From sequence record DRR723986_3096: a stretch of DNA of 64,000 nt. One strand, written 5' to 3'. Positions 49,939 to 59,441 of this stretch are shown here, in pieces. The position numbers and the translations under genes are program-made. The stretch's first letter is position 1. Every line of letters starts with the position of its first letter. The notes below the pieces were generated by a model. That model was not told the origin of the DNA. It did no database searches and saw nothing but the letters and a program-made list of their open reading frames with translations.

Positions 49939-50754
49939 ATGATACGCTCCGCAATCACAGTCAGTCTTGTTGAAGAAGCCCGTGGTGGACCGTTCGTCTA
50001 CTGGGACGGTATTTCCAAGGCGTTCGAGGATGCGGCCGCACTGGGATTCGACGCAGTCGAAATCTTTGCTCCAGGCCCAGACGCCGTTTCCGCCTCCGAG
50101 GTCAAGGAGCTTTGTGAGAAGCATTCATTGCGCGTCGCCGCCGTTGGAACCGGTGCTGGCATGGTTAAGCACGGATTGAGCTTAACTGATGAAGACGCGC
50201 AGCAGCGTCAAAAGGCAAAAGAGTTTGTTCGCAGCATGATCGACTTCGGTGGGCAGTTTGCTGCACCGGCTATCATCGGGTCAATGCAGGGCAAGTGGAC
50301 AAGTAGCGTGTCCCGGGACCAAGCATTGAGCTGGCTCGGCGAGTGCCTGAAGGAATTGGGGGATCATGCGAAGCAATACGATGTGCCGCTTATTTACGAA
50401 CCGCTAAACCGGTACGAGACGAACCTATTCTGCACAGTCGCCGACGGAGTGGACTACCTAAAGAGTTTGGGAAGTCCAAACGTAAAGCTACTCGCAGACC
50501 TGTTCCATATGAACATTGAGGAAGCCAACATTGCCGATGGTCTCCGCTCTGGGGCCGGCTACATTGGGCACGTTCATTTTGTAGACTCCAATCGCAGAGC
50601 TGCAGGGATGGGGCACATGGATTATGAGCCCATAGCGTCAGCACTGAAGGAGATTGGTTTCGATGGATACGCTTCAGTCGAAGCCTTTCCGTTGCCAGAC
50701 TCCGCCACAGCCGCAAAGGCGACGATGGATGCGTTCAATCGTTACCTGGCGTAA
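49939..50754 (+). CDS. Sugar phosphate isomerase/epimerase (xylose isomerase-like TIM barrel)
   Basis: GFDAVE, EPLNRYE, DLFHMNIEE, HVHFVDSNR and SVE. Confidence 0.88.
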   Translation: MIRSAITVSLVEEARGGPFVYWDGISKAFEDAAALGFDAVEIFAPGPDAVSASEVKELCEKHSLRVAAVGTGAGMVKHGLSLTDEDAQQRQKAKEFVRSMIDFGGQFAAPAIIGSMQGKWTSSVSRDQALSWLGECLKELGDHAKQYDVPLIYEPLNRYETNLFCTVADGVDYLKSLGSPNVKLLADLFHMNIEEANIADGLRSGAGYIGHVHFVDSNRRAAGMGHMDYEPIASALKEIGFDGYASVEAFPLPDSATAAKATMDAFNRYLA

Positions 50755-50759
50755 CAGGG

Positions 50760-51038
50760 CTAGCCTGCGATCGTAAACCCTGGCTCTGCGTTCTGTTCTG
50801 CCGCTTCGCGGTTGGATGCAGAATCTTCGGGCCAATCGCAATCGGCCATAACTTCCCACAGCAGAGATTCGAGCTCGTCTCGGCGACGTTGCCCCTCTGC
50901 AGCCCGAGCTTTGGCAGTATCTTCGTTCCAGCCGCCTTTTATCTTGGCGACCCGACGACGAATCTCACCAAGTGGGACAAATCGAGACATGCCTTCAGTA
51001 GTCGAACGTCGTTGTTCACCGTGTTGAGTTAACTTCAT
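50760..51038 (-). CDS. Small hypothetical protein (92 aa)
   Basis: AGGAGGA RBS shortly before ATG 51038; EIRRRVAKIKGGW...RR helix; sigma54-type promoter upstream. Confidence 0.7.
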   Translation of the reverse strand: MKLTQHGEQRRSTTEGMSRFVPLGEIRRRVAKIKGGWNEDTAKARAAEGQRRRDELESLLWEVMADCDWPEDSASNREAAEQNAEPGFTIAG

Positions 51039-51193
51039 GGCTGTCCTCCTTGGGATGACAATTACTTTGAATTGTCGATCGTAAATGACTGGGCATCGAA
51101 TCAGCGATTCCGATTCGCAGCCCGGGATCAAGCAACCGCCTGTTACACTTTAGTAGTCGTTGCAACCGGCAAGTTCCTTACACCCGATGAGGA

Positions 51194-51210
51194 TGCAACA
51201 ACCGTGCCAA
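51194..51210 (-). promoter_or_regulatory. Sigma54 (RpoN) -24/-12 promoter
   Basis: The minus strand reads TTGGCACG-GTTG-TTGCA, matching TGGCACG-N4-TTGC, about 155 bp upstream of the small gene. Confidence 0.75.
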
Positions 51211-51483
51211 ACGGAACTTATCCACCTGGGATTGCGGCACGCCGCTTCCTAAGTCATTCATGGATAGGCACTTAGGTGGGTTGGCTGTTGGCGATGATCC
51301 GCCTGCATTTGTCGAGAATGGAAGTCTGGTTTGGCAGTTTTTTCAAACCCAGACGACATCTGGTGTCTCAAATAGGAACATACCAGCCTCTTCGGGGGGG
51401 GGCAGGGCGTCGGCCAACGCTACCAGTTTTGACTCAGGACCGAGTCGTTGATTCGTGGCTTACCCAATGGGCTTAAACTCAGC

Positions 51484-53214
51484 TCATTCTAAAGACGCTG
51501 GTGTTTCGAGTAGGCTCGACAATTCGAAGTCGAGACCTTCTTTGCTGCCAATAAAATCAGTCAGGAAATTCTCACCGCCGTTGTCAATTCCGTCGGGTCC
51601 AACGCTGTATAGCTTGATATTCTGCTCCGTCGTGCCGTACCGAAATGGTTGACCGGAAGCTGAGAATGGATCTATGAAAACACCTGCATCGAAAGCATCC
51701 AACTGGTCAAGGCGAACCGGTGCACTTCCATGTTGTTCAACGAAGTCATCGATCATAAGCTGAATCGCGAGAAGTCGCCTAGTTGCTAAGTCGCGAAGAT
51801 AGGCTTGTTCGACAGTTTCATCGGGATCCAAACTCAAGTCTCCAGTTGTAAACTCACTAAGCAATAAACAGACATGGCTGTGCCAGCCCGATTTGATGAT
51901 CCATGTTCGTTCGCGATCGTGGACTCGCTGGATCGGCTCCGGAGGTTTACTGAGTAGCCTTGCGAGTCGTTGGCGTGTGGCGGATGACAAGTATCTTCGC
52001 TCCGAGTAGATTTCATAGGTCGCAACACCGCTAATGGCGATACCGACAAGGCGATGAATCCAAAGTCCATTGCGTTCGATACCTTGAGCAATTCTAAGGA
52101 TTGCCGCATAGGAGTTTGCGGCAGCCGGCTGGTCGTCGTAGTACACCTCCTCACGTGCGCGGGCTGCAAGAGCTCGCACCGCGGATCTGATCCAGGTTAC
52201 GCTGTCAATTCCAAGACTATCCCAAGAACCGTCTCCAAGGTCAGACCAGAGTTCCTTGTCGGCAGCCACAATCAGTGCGTCAAGCTCTTCTGCTATCGCT
52301 TCTAAGGCTTCCACCCGTTGGTCGAGGGGAATGTCCCCTATCGAATTATACTTGTTTTCGAGTCTCTCAAAATCGGAGCTCGCAATCTTTTTCGAAAGCG
52401 AGACAACTTGCGGCATTGAATTTTCGCCGGCTATCGTTGGCATTGCCGGTTTGGGCCAACACAAGGTGGCGGTCACAACTAGAAATAGAATCAGCGCCGC
52501 CGACAATGCGATGCCACCAACGAAACGCCCTATTCTCCGTTCACGGGCGTACCAAGTACATAGTGTTAATGCTGTAGCACCGCCAATGGCCAACCACATC
52601 AACTGAGCCAGGTCGCCATCAACGACCATCGAGAACATCCCAGTGTATCGCGGCCAACTGTCGCCGTAGGCAATCGAAGTGTAAAGCTGGTCAAAGCAAA
52701 CAGGTGCGACCGCTGGGACCAGTGCGATTACGACGCAGAGCGGAATCCGACAACGATGCCTCAGAGTGCTGTGTTTTAAGAAGTATGCGCTACCGATGCA
52801 TCCTGTAGCCGCCACACTCATCGATGCAAGAGCGCCCCACGATTTCAAGTCGAGCGCTGGCGTAGCGAGGCCGACGGCTACAGCGATCCCGACCAATGCG
52901 GTTGCCGCCATCAGCGCCAGAATTGAAATTCGGTTCGTGATTGGAGGCTGGATAGCAGGGGCACGTGAAGCGAACAGTCGGTCGGTTGCGAATATCAAAC
53001 CGGTTGCCATCGCAACGCTGACCACGCAAAACCAGAATATTTCCTGCGCCCCGGCCAACGCTGCGGGGCAGAAGCATAACGCCACGCTGAAGCAGTAGGC
53101 GTACCATTTCATTGGTCGCGCATACAGAGTGAGAGTAACGACGCCGACCCAAACCAACAAACCGCACAACAACCAGGCAGGAAGCAACAGCCGTGCGATC
53201 AGGATGGCATCCAT
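51484..53214 (-). CDS. Hypothetical membrane protein with pseudopilin-like C-terminal motif
   Basis: Multiple N-terminal TM helices, then a helical domain ending DPFS..QPFRY...LYSVGPDGIDNGG. Start placed at ATG 53214. Confidence 0.65.
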   Translation of the reverse strand: MDAILIARLLLPAWLLCGLLVWVGVVTLTLYARPMKWYAYCFSVALCFCPAALAGAQEIFWFCVVSVAMATGLIFATDRLFASRAPAIQPPITNRISILALMAATALVGIAVAVGLATPALDLKSWGALASMSVAATGCIGSAYFLKHSTLRHRCRIPLCVVIALVPAVAPVCFDQLYTSIAYGDSWPRYTGMFSMVVDGDLAQLMWLAIGGATALTLCTWYARERRIGRFVGGIALSAALILFLVVTATLCWPKPAMPTIAGENSMPQVVSLSKKIASSDFERLENKYNSIGDIPLDQRVEALEAIAEELDALIVAADKELWSDLGDGSWDSLGIDSVTWIRSAVRALAARAREEVYYDDQPAAANSYAAILRIAQGIERNGLWIHRLVGIAISGVATYEIYSERRYLSSATRQRLARLLSKPPEPIQRVHDRERTWIIKSGWHSHVCLLLSEFTTGDLSLDPDETVEQAYLRDLATRRLLAIQLMIDDFVEQHGSAPVRLDQLDAFDAGVFIDPFSASGQPFRYGTTEQNIKLYSVGPDGIDNGGENFLTDFIGSKEGLDFELSSLLETPASLE

Positions 53215-53590
53215 TGGGCGAATTCTCTTGGCTAATTTGGTGCAGTACAACGAAGGTTCGGTGCAGTTAATCGTATCCCGCCCACGACACTCTCTCCAGT
53301 GGTCGTAACAGTGAAATTGGGAAGTCGTAACTTCCGTCGGTTGCTGAGAATACGAGTCTTTCTCCGAGTGCAAAACCGCCAGACGGACTGACACCGCGAC
53401 TTCACCACGATCTGCCGTGAACCCAAACGCGCTCGGGCAGCGTTAGAAGTATCTCTAGATCGATCGGAGAATAGGTTCGCTACTGGTGGCGGATACAGGC
53501 TGACAGGGCGAAATCAGGGCAGAAGACGCAAAAACCACTGCAAAAGTCGCTTTCTGAGGAATGCGATTTTCCCTCAGGGAGCGGATCAGG

Positions 53591-53596
53591 TATAAT
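53591..53596 (+). promoter_or_regulatory. Possible -10 element
   Basis: Perfect TATAAT in the divergent intergenic region; no good -35 element. Confidence 0.3.
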
Positions 53597-53664
53597 GTTT
53601 CGCGGTGGTTGATATGTCGGCCACGCCTTCCGCCAAGATTTTTGATCCCTCCCGCCTTTCTAAA

Positions 53665-54579
53665 ATGCGAATTCCCACCTACACGCTCTCGAAGTGTTGT
53701 GCGCTCATTTTTTCAGCGCTCCTGCTCAGTAGCTTTGCGTCCCCTGCGGATGCTCAGTCCAATCGCGGTGTCTTCCAGCGCGGTCCTTTCCAGGTGCGTA
53801 GTTCCGCTCAAAAGGGCGGTTTGCTGCAGCGGCACGTCGCGTTTCAACAACGCCAAGCAACCCAAAAATCAGTGGCGGAAAAGCAATCGGTCTATCTGAT
53901 TGGCAATTCGCTAACTTGGGATACCCTACCCGGACTGCTAGACGGCGACGTCATGTGGCACGTCGACTGCGGAAAGAATCTGGAATACATCTACAACAAT
54001 CCGACGAAGCCATGTGTCCGCACGAGCGTCCCGTGGACGAAAGCACTCCGCGAGCACAAATTTGAATACCTTTGCGTTCAGCCGCACTTTGGTACCACCG
54101 TCGATCGCGATAGTGAGGTCATTGCCAAGTGGGTCGAGATGCAGCCGCAAGCTAAACTGGTCATTCACACCGGTTGGACGCACCACAAGAACGTCAGGCA
54201 TCACTTTGCAGCAGACTGTTCTGACCAAAAGATGAAGCACTCTCCGGCGTACTTCGAAATGCTTGCGGGACGTCTCAAAGAAAAATTCCCGAAGCTGGAA
54301 ATCCGTTCGACTGGTGCGTTTTCAGTTATGCATGAGATCTGCCAAGACATCACCAGTAAGAAGGCGCCGATGCAGTCCATCGACACGCTCTACCGGGATG
54401 ACATTCATGTGACGACAGGTGCCGGACGATTCTTGATGCACAACTTGATGCGTCGTGCTCTAGGCCAGGAAATCAGCCAGCAGGGATTCCACGTAGAAGA
54501 GCCACTGCATTCCTATCTAACCAGCAAACTGGAATCGGCCGACGAACATGCGACCCGCCTCACGTCGCGCCGCAAATAA
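53665..54579 (+). CDS. Secreted SGNH-hydrolase-like protein
   Basis: Signal peptide, LIGNSLT block I and YRDDIH (DxxH). Start placed at ATG 53665. Confidence 0.6.
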   Translation: MRIPTYTLSKCCALIFSALLLSSFASPADAQSNRGVFQRGPFQVRSSAQKGGLLQRHVAFQQRQATQKSVAEKQSVYLIGNSLTWDTLPGLLDGDVMWHVDCGKNLEYIYNNPTKPCVRTSVPWTKALREHKFEYLCVQPHFGTTVDRDSEVIAKWVEMQPQAKLVIHTGWTHHKNVRHHFAADCSDQKMKHSPAYFEMLAGRLKEKFPKLEIRSTGAFSVMHEICQDITSKKAPMQSIDTLYRDDIHVTTGAGRFLMHNLMRRALGQEISQQGFHVEEPLHSYLTSKLESADEHATRLTSRRK

Positions 54580-54632
54580 GTGTAGCACCGCACTGATATC
54601 TACTACTCATCTTTCGCAAAGGGGTCGCTCCG

Positions 54633-57600
54633 ATGCGATCTAGATCAGTCGTCTATGTCCGCCTAATTGTTCTATTGGCCGCAACAGTTCAGCTTCTGCC
54701 AATCGCTTATTCGCAGCACACGCCGCTGGAGTATTCGAAGTGGAGTGGCAAACTAAACGTACCCGATCCAGTTGCCTTGTCGGTCGATGATCAAGGGCGA
54801 GTGTTCATCACGCAGACTCGTCGTCGAAAAATCCAAGATCTCGACATTCGCCAGCACTCGCTGTGGATTCCAGCGGACGTTGGGCTATCAAGCGTTCAGG
54901 ACAAGAGTGACTTTCTCCGGCGCGTCTTGGCCATCGACGGAGACCAAGCGGTGCAGTCGGAGCACGTTCAGGATCTCAATGGTGATGGTGAGTACGATTG
55001 GCGCGACCTTACAGTGGTGAGCGAAGCCATCTATCGCTTGGTGGATACTTCCGGTGACGGCAAGGCGGATCAGATCACCACTTTTGCTGAGGGCTTCAAT
55101 ACGGAGGTCACCGGAATTGCCGCAGGGGTGCTTGCGCATGAAGGCAGCGTCTTCGCGACCGTCGCGCCGGACCTTTGGAGGCTGAGTGATTCTGACGATG
55201 ACGGCAAAGCAGACTCAAGAGAGAGTGTTGCCCATGGTTTTGGTCTGCACATCGCCTACGCAGGCCATGACATGCACGGTCCGATCGTTGGCCCCGATGG
55301 ACGAATTTACTGGTCCATCGGCGACAAGGGAATCAGCGTAACTGACAAAGCTGGAAAACACTGGCACTATCCGAATCAGGGCGGTGTTATGCGGTGTGAG
55401 CCCGACGGAAGCAACTTTGAAGTGTTCGCTCATGGGCTGCGCAACGTCCAAGAGTTCGACTTTGACCAATATGGAAACATCTTTGGCATCGACAATGATG
55501 CCGACAAACCTGACGAACGCGAACGTTTCGTCTGGATCGTCGCGGACATGGACGCAGGTTGGAGATGCAATTATCAGTATCGCTCGGGGGAATACAGCCC
55601 CTGGACCGACGAAGGGCTGTGGAAAGTCCAGGTGCAAGGCAAGGCTTCGGGGACGGCCGAGATTTCACTGGATGACAGCGCCGCTTACTTGGTGCCACCA
55701 ATCTCACATTACATCGACGGTCCAGCCGGATTCAAGTTCAATCCCGGCAGTGCTCTCAGTGAGGATTACGAGAACTACTTCTTTTCAACCGGTGCACCCG
55801 AGGGGATTCAACACGCGTTTCGCGTCGAGCCGACAGGTGACACTTTCAAGATGGTGGACGACCATCGCATTGGTTCAGGTGTTGCGATTGTTGGCATTGC
55901 GTTCGGGCCAGACGGTGCTTTGTATGGTGCCGATTGGGACGGTGGTTATCCGCTGGACCAAAAAGGCTCGGTCGCAAGAATCGATACTGCTGAACAAGAT
56001 CGGCATCCACTGCGAGCGGAAGTCCAGAAGCTATTGCGGAACGGATTCTCAAATGTGGAAACGCAGAGTCTAGTGACCTTTCTCGGGCATCAGGATCGTC
56101 GCATTCGTCTTGCCGCACAATTTGAGTTGGTCGCTCGCGATGATATGTATTCCCTTTCCTCGATTGCCTTGGATACGACCGCTAGTACGCTGGCCCGTTT
56201 GCATGGCATCTGGGGCGTTGCGATGCTTGGCCGCCGCGGCACGGATACGTTTCCGCGAGACACACTCGGGGGGCTACTGCGTGACTCTGATGAAGCAGTT
56301 CGCTCGGTTGCGGCAGCTTCATACGCTGAGATGCCCAGAGCATATGGCTTCGCGTTGATCAACTTGCTCAAAGACAAGTCGCTGAAGGTTCGAATTCAAG
56401 CCGGGCTTGCACTCGGCCGGTTTCCAACTTCGCAGGCGAAGAAGCCGCTGCTTGAAGCGTCCAAAGAACTTCAGCCGGACCAGCATTATTTGCGCCACTC
56501 AATCGTAACTGCGATGGCTAGCTGCATCGACGAAGCGGGGTTGGCTGAGCTAGAATCGAACGAGAGCGAAAGCACTCGAGTCTGTGCTGTTTTAGCTCTC
56601 CGTCGCCTAGAATCGCCAGAAACGAAGCGATATCTCATCGATGCATCGGCGAAAGTAGCTACAGCCGCCGCTCGAGCGATTCACGATGATCAGTCCATTG
56701 CACCGGCAATGGAAGCGTTGGCTAGCACGCTCGGCAAGGTCGAATCGCTACCCAAGAACGAAGCTTTTGTTCGACGAGCCATCAATGCGAACTTCCGCCT
56801 AGGCAACGCCTCTGCGGCTCAGCGATTGGTGCGTTTCGCGGCAAATGAGAAGTGTAGCCCTGCCATGCGAGAGGTGGCCTTAGAGACGCTTGCACTCTGG
56901 TACACGCCCCCAAAGTTGGATTTGGTCGATGGGCGAGCACGCGAGCTTCCACGCGCGGATCGACTACTGCCGGAGAAGCCTGTCGCCAATCAACTGGGCG
57001 TCATCATTGGATCCGCATCAGCAGGACTGCAGGCCACAGCACTTCGAACTGCAACAAAACTTGGCCTCGAATTGCCACTTCCTGTGTTGCTGGGGCTGCT
57101 AGACAATCAAGAGGCAGCGCCGGACTCCAAGGCGGCAGCTCTGGACGCAATTCTCGTACAAACCCAACAGTTGGTCATCGATGCGGCTGAATCTGAACCG
57201 CCAGTTCAACTAGCAGCTATCAAGAACTTGTCGCGTTTGGCAGACAAGCAGCAGCAAGTGTTTGTCGACAAAGTGCTCGCACAGAAAGATGCAGACATTC
57301 GAGTCCTTCGAGAGTTGATTCGATTCTTGGCAAACCAAGGGGCAAACTTCTCTGGCGAAAAACTACGACTCATCGCCAAGCAAGCTGCGAAGCATGAACT
57401 TCCCGCGGGCTTGCAGTTGGACGTCGTGCTAGCGTGTCAGAAACGCGACCTGGCACGGAAGGAAGTTGCAACCATATTGGCCAGAGGAAATAGCATCGCC
57501 GAAGATGAGGCGTTCGCAGTATTCGGGCTTGCGATTCAGGGCGGTGATCCGGAAGCGGGGAAGGACATCTTCAACAATCACGTTGTTGCACAGTGCAGTC

Positions 57601-57956
57601 GATGCCATCGAGCGGGAGGTTCCGGCAGCAATATCGGGCCTAACTTGGCAAACGTCGTTAAGAAACGGGATGACAAACACCTGCTCCGGTCTCTTCTAAA
57701 TCCCTCAGCCGATATTGAAGACAAGTATCAGAGCAACTCGTACTTGTTGTACACCGGCAACGTTGTCCAAGGGGTTCCGGTCCGCGAGACTAAGGAGACT
57801 GTGACGATCGCGGATAGCAACGGCAAAGAAATCGAATTGCTCAAGGAGGACATAGAAGAGTCAGTCGTTCAAAAGAACTCGCTGATGCCTTCCATGTCGG
57901 AAGTGCTCAAGCCCGAGCAGATGCGTGATCTGATTGCATTCCTCAGATCGCTCTAG
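54633..57956 (+). CDS. PVC-type heme-binding CxxCH protein / putative membrane-bound dehydrogenase
   Basis: Signal peptide; beta-propeller (GHDMHG, GPDGRIYWSIGD, GLRNVQE); HEAT repeats; CSRCH...GPNL...SLMP. Confidence 0.85.
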   Translation: MRSRSVVYVRLIVLLAATVQLLPIAYSQHTPLEYSKWSGKLNVPDPVALSVDDQGRVFITQTRRRKIQDLDIRQHSLWIPADVGLSSVQDKSDFLRRVLAIDGDQAVQSEHVQDLNGDGEYDWRDLTVVSEAIYRLVDTSGDGKADQITTFAEGFNTEVTGIAAGVLAHEGSVFATVAPDLWRLSDSDDDGKADSRESVAHGFGLHIAYAGHDMHGPIVGPDGRIYWSIGDKGISVTDKAGKHWHYPNQGGVMRCEPDGSNFEVFAHGLRNVQEFDFDQYGNIFGIDNDADKPDERERFVWIVADMDAGWRCNYQYRSGEYSPWTDEGLWKVQVQGKASGTAEISLDDSAAYLVPPISHYIDGPAGFKFNPGSALSEDYENYFFSTGAPEGIQHAFRVEPTGDTFKMVDDHRIGSGVAIVGIAFGPDGALYGADWDGGYPLDQKGSVARIDTAEQDRHPLRAEVQKLLRNGFSNVETQSLVTFLGHQDRRIRLAAQFELVARDDMYSLSSIALDTTASTLARLHGIWGVAMLGRRGTDTFPRDTLGGLLRDSDEAVRSVAAASYAEMPRAYGFALINLLKDKSLKVRIQAGLALGRFPTSQAKKPLLEASKELQPDQHYLRHSIVTAMASCIDEAGLAELESNESESTRVCAVLALRRLESPETKRYLIDASAKVATAAARAIHDDQSIAPAMEALASTLGKVESLPKNEAFVRRAINANFRLGNASAAQRLVRFAANEKCSPAMREVALETLALWYTPPKLDLVDGRARELPRADRLLPEKPVANQLGVIIGSASAGLQATALRTATKLGLELPLPVLLGLLDNQEAAPDSKAAALDAILVQTQQLVIDAAESEPPVQLAAIKNLSRLADKQQQVFVDKVLAQKDADIRVLRELIRFLANQGANFSGEKLRLIAKQAAKHELPAGLQLDVVLACQKRDLARKEVATILARGNSIAEDEAFAVFGLAIQGGDPEAGKDIFNNHVVAQCSRCHRAGGSGSNIGPNLANVVKKRDDKHLLRSLLNPSADIEDKYQSNSYLLYTGNVVQGVPVRETKETVTIADSNGKEIELLKEDIEESVVQKNSLMPSMSEVLKPEQMRDLIAFLRSL

Positions 57957-57974
57957 AGGGCAGCTTTGGGGGCG

Positions 57975-59390
57975 TCACGCGCCGATCAGCTTACTGTTGA
58001 ATCGGCCTTCGTTGATAGTCGGGCGTTCAATCCGCCCCTTGTGGTTGAAGGTCAATTTCATATTGTCGATACCAAGCAACCAGAGGATCGACGCGTGTAT
58101 ATCATGTACATGCATCTTGTCCTCTACGGCGTACAAGCCGAGCTCGTCGGTTGAGCCGATTGTTTGGCCGCCCTTCACTCCGCCGCCAGCCATCCAGATT
58201 GAAAAACCGGTTGGATTGTGATCCCGGCCATCGCCTTTTTCGCTCATCGGCGTACGTCCAAATTCACCACCCCAAATGACCAGCGTGTCGTCAAGCATTC
58301 CGCGTTGCTTCAGGTCTTTCAGCAGGCCAGCAACTGGTTTGTCCATCGATCGACACAGCCGACTGTGATTCTTCTCGATGCCTGCGTGCGAGTCCCACTT
58401 GCTGCCAGTACCTGAATAAAGCTGCACGAAACGAACTCCGCGTTCAACCAGGCGGCGGGCGAGCAGGCAATTGCGGCCGAAGGTCTCGGTCTCTTTCTGC
58501 TCAAGCCCGTAGAGTTCACGGGTGGCCTGAGTTTCAGTCGCCAGATCAACAGCCTCAGGGGCATCGGATTGCATTCGAAACGCAAGTTCGTAGCTGCGAA
58601 TGCGTGCTTCGAGTTCGGATTGTTGGCGACGGCTAGCGGCGTACTCTGCGTTGAACTTGTTTAATAGTGAGAGTTTTCCAGCGACCCGCTCGTCCGAGTA
58701 GCCCTTCGGTGAACTTAGATTGGGAATGGGCTGTGTCGAGGTACCGCTGATTCGAACACCTTGATGCGTTGCCGGCATGAATCCACTGCCCCAGTTGCGA
58801 GGGCCATTCACTGGCCGACCATTGCTGTCGCACACTACGACAAATGACGGCAAGTTCTCATTCGCACTACCCAGCCCATAATGGACCCACGAACCCAGGG
58901 ATGGCCGGCCAGCAAAATTGATGCAGGTATTCATCTGACAAACACCGCCGGCATGGTTGATCCCATTGGTCCAACACGACCGGACGACGGCAATGTCATC
59001 CATCATCTCGCCGATGTGGGGGATCCAGTCCGAAGCCCACAAGCCGCTTTGCCCGCATTGTCGCCACTTGCGAGGCGAGGCAAGAAGCGGCGAACCTTTC
59101 TCGCCCATGGCGGTGATCGGTTCCTTGAAGGAGGGCGGCAGTGGCTTGCCGGAAAGTTTGTTCACGAGTGGTTTGGGATCCACCAAGTCCAAGTGGCTTG
59201 GACCGCCTTCCATGAACAGCCAGATGACATTCTTGGCACGCGGAGCATGGTGCAGCCCGCGTGTGGTGTCGGCATTGAGTGCGTCAGATGCCTGCGACTC
59301 ACTGTGCAGCATACTCGCCAATGCCAAAGAGCCAATGCCGGTGCTGCCGGCTCGCAAAAAGCCTCGGCGGTCAATAAAGTCGGACATCAC
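57975..59390 (-). CDS. DUF1501 family protein
   Basis: DRRGFL, AKNVIWLFMEGGPSHLDL, WDSH, WGGEFGRTP and GRDHNP. Confidence 0.9.
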   Translation of the reverse strand: MMSDFIDRRGFLRAGSTGIGSLALASMLHSESQASDALNADTTRGLHHAPRAKNVIWLFMEGGPSHLDLVDPKPLVNKLSGKPLPPSFKEPITAMGEKGSPLLASPRKWRQCGQSGLWASDWIPHIGEMMDDIAVVRSCWTNGINHAGGVCQMNTCINFAGRPSLGSWVHYGLGSANENLPSFVVVCDSNGRPVNGPRNWGSGFMPATHQGVRISGTSTQPIPNLSSPKGYSDERVAGKLSLLNKFNAEYAASRRQQSELEARIRSYELAFRMQSDAPEAVDLATETQATRELYGLEQKETETFGRNCLLARRLVERGVRFVQLYSGTGSKWDSHAGIEKNHSRLCRSMDKPVAGLLKDLKQRGMLDDTLVIWGGEFGRTPMSEKGDGRDHNPTGFSIWMAGGGVKGGQTIGSTDELGLYAVEDKMHVHDIHASILWLLGIDNMKLTFNHKGRIERPTINEGRFNSKLIGA

Positions 59391-59441
59391 AAAACCTCGT
59401 ACTTCAAACAGTGTTCATCATTCGAGCAACACGATCTGACG

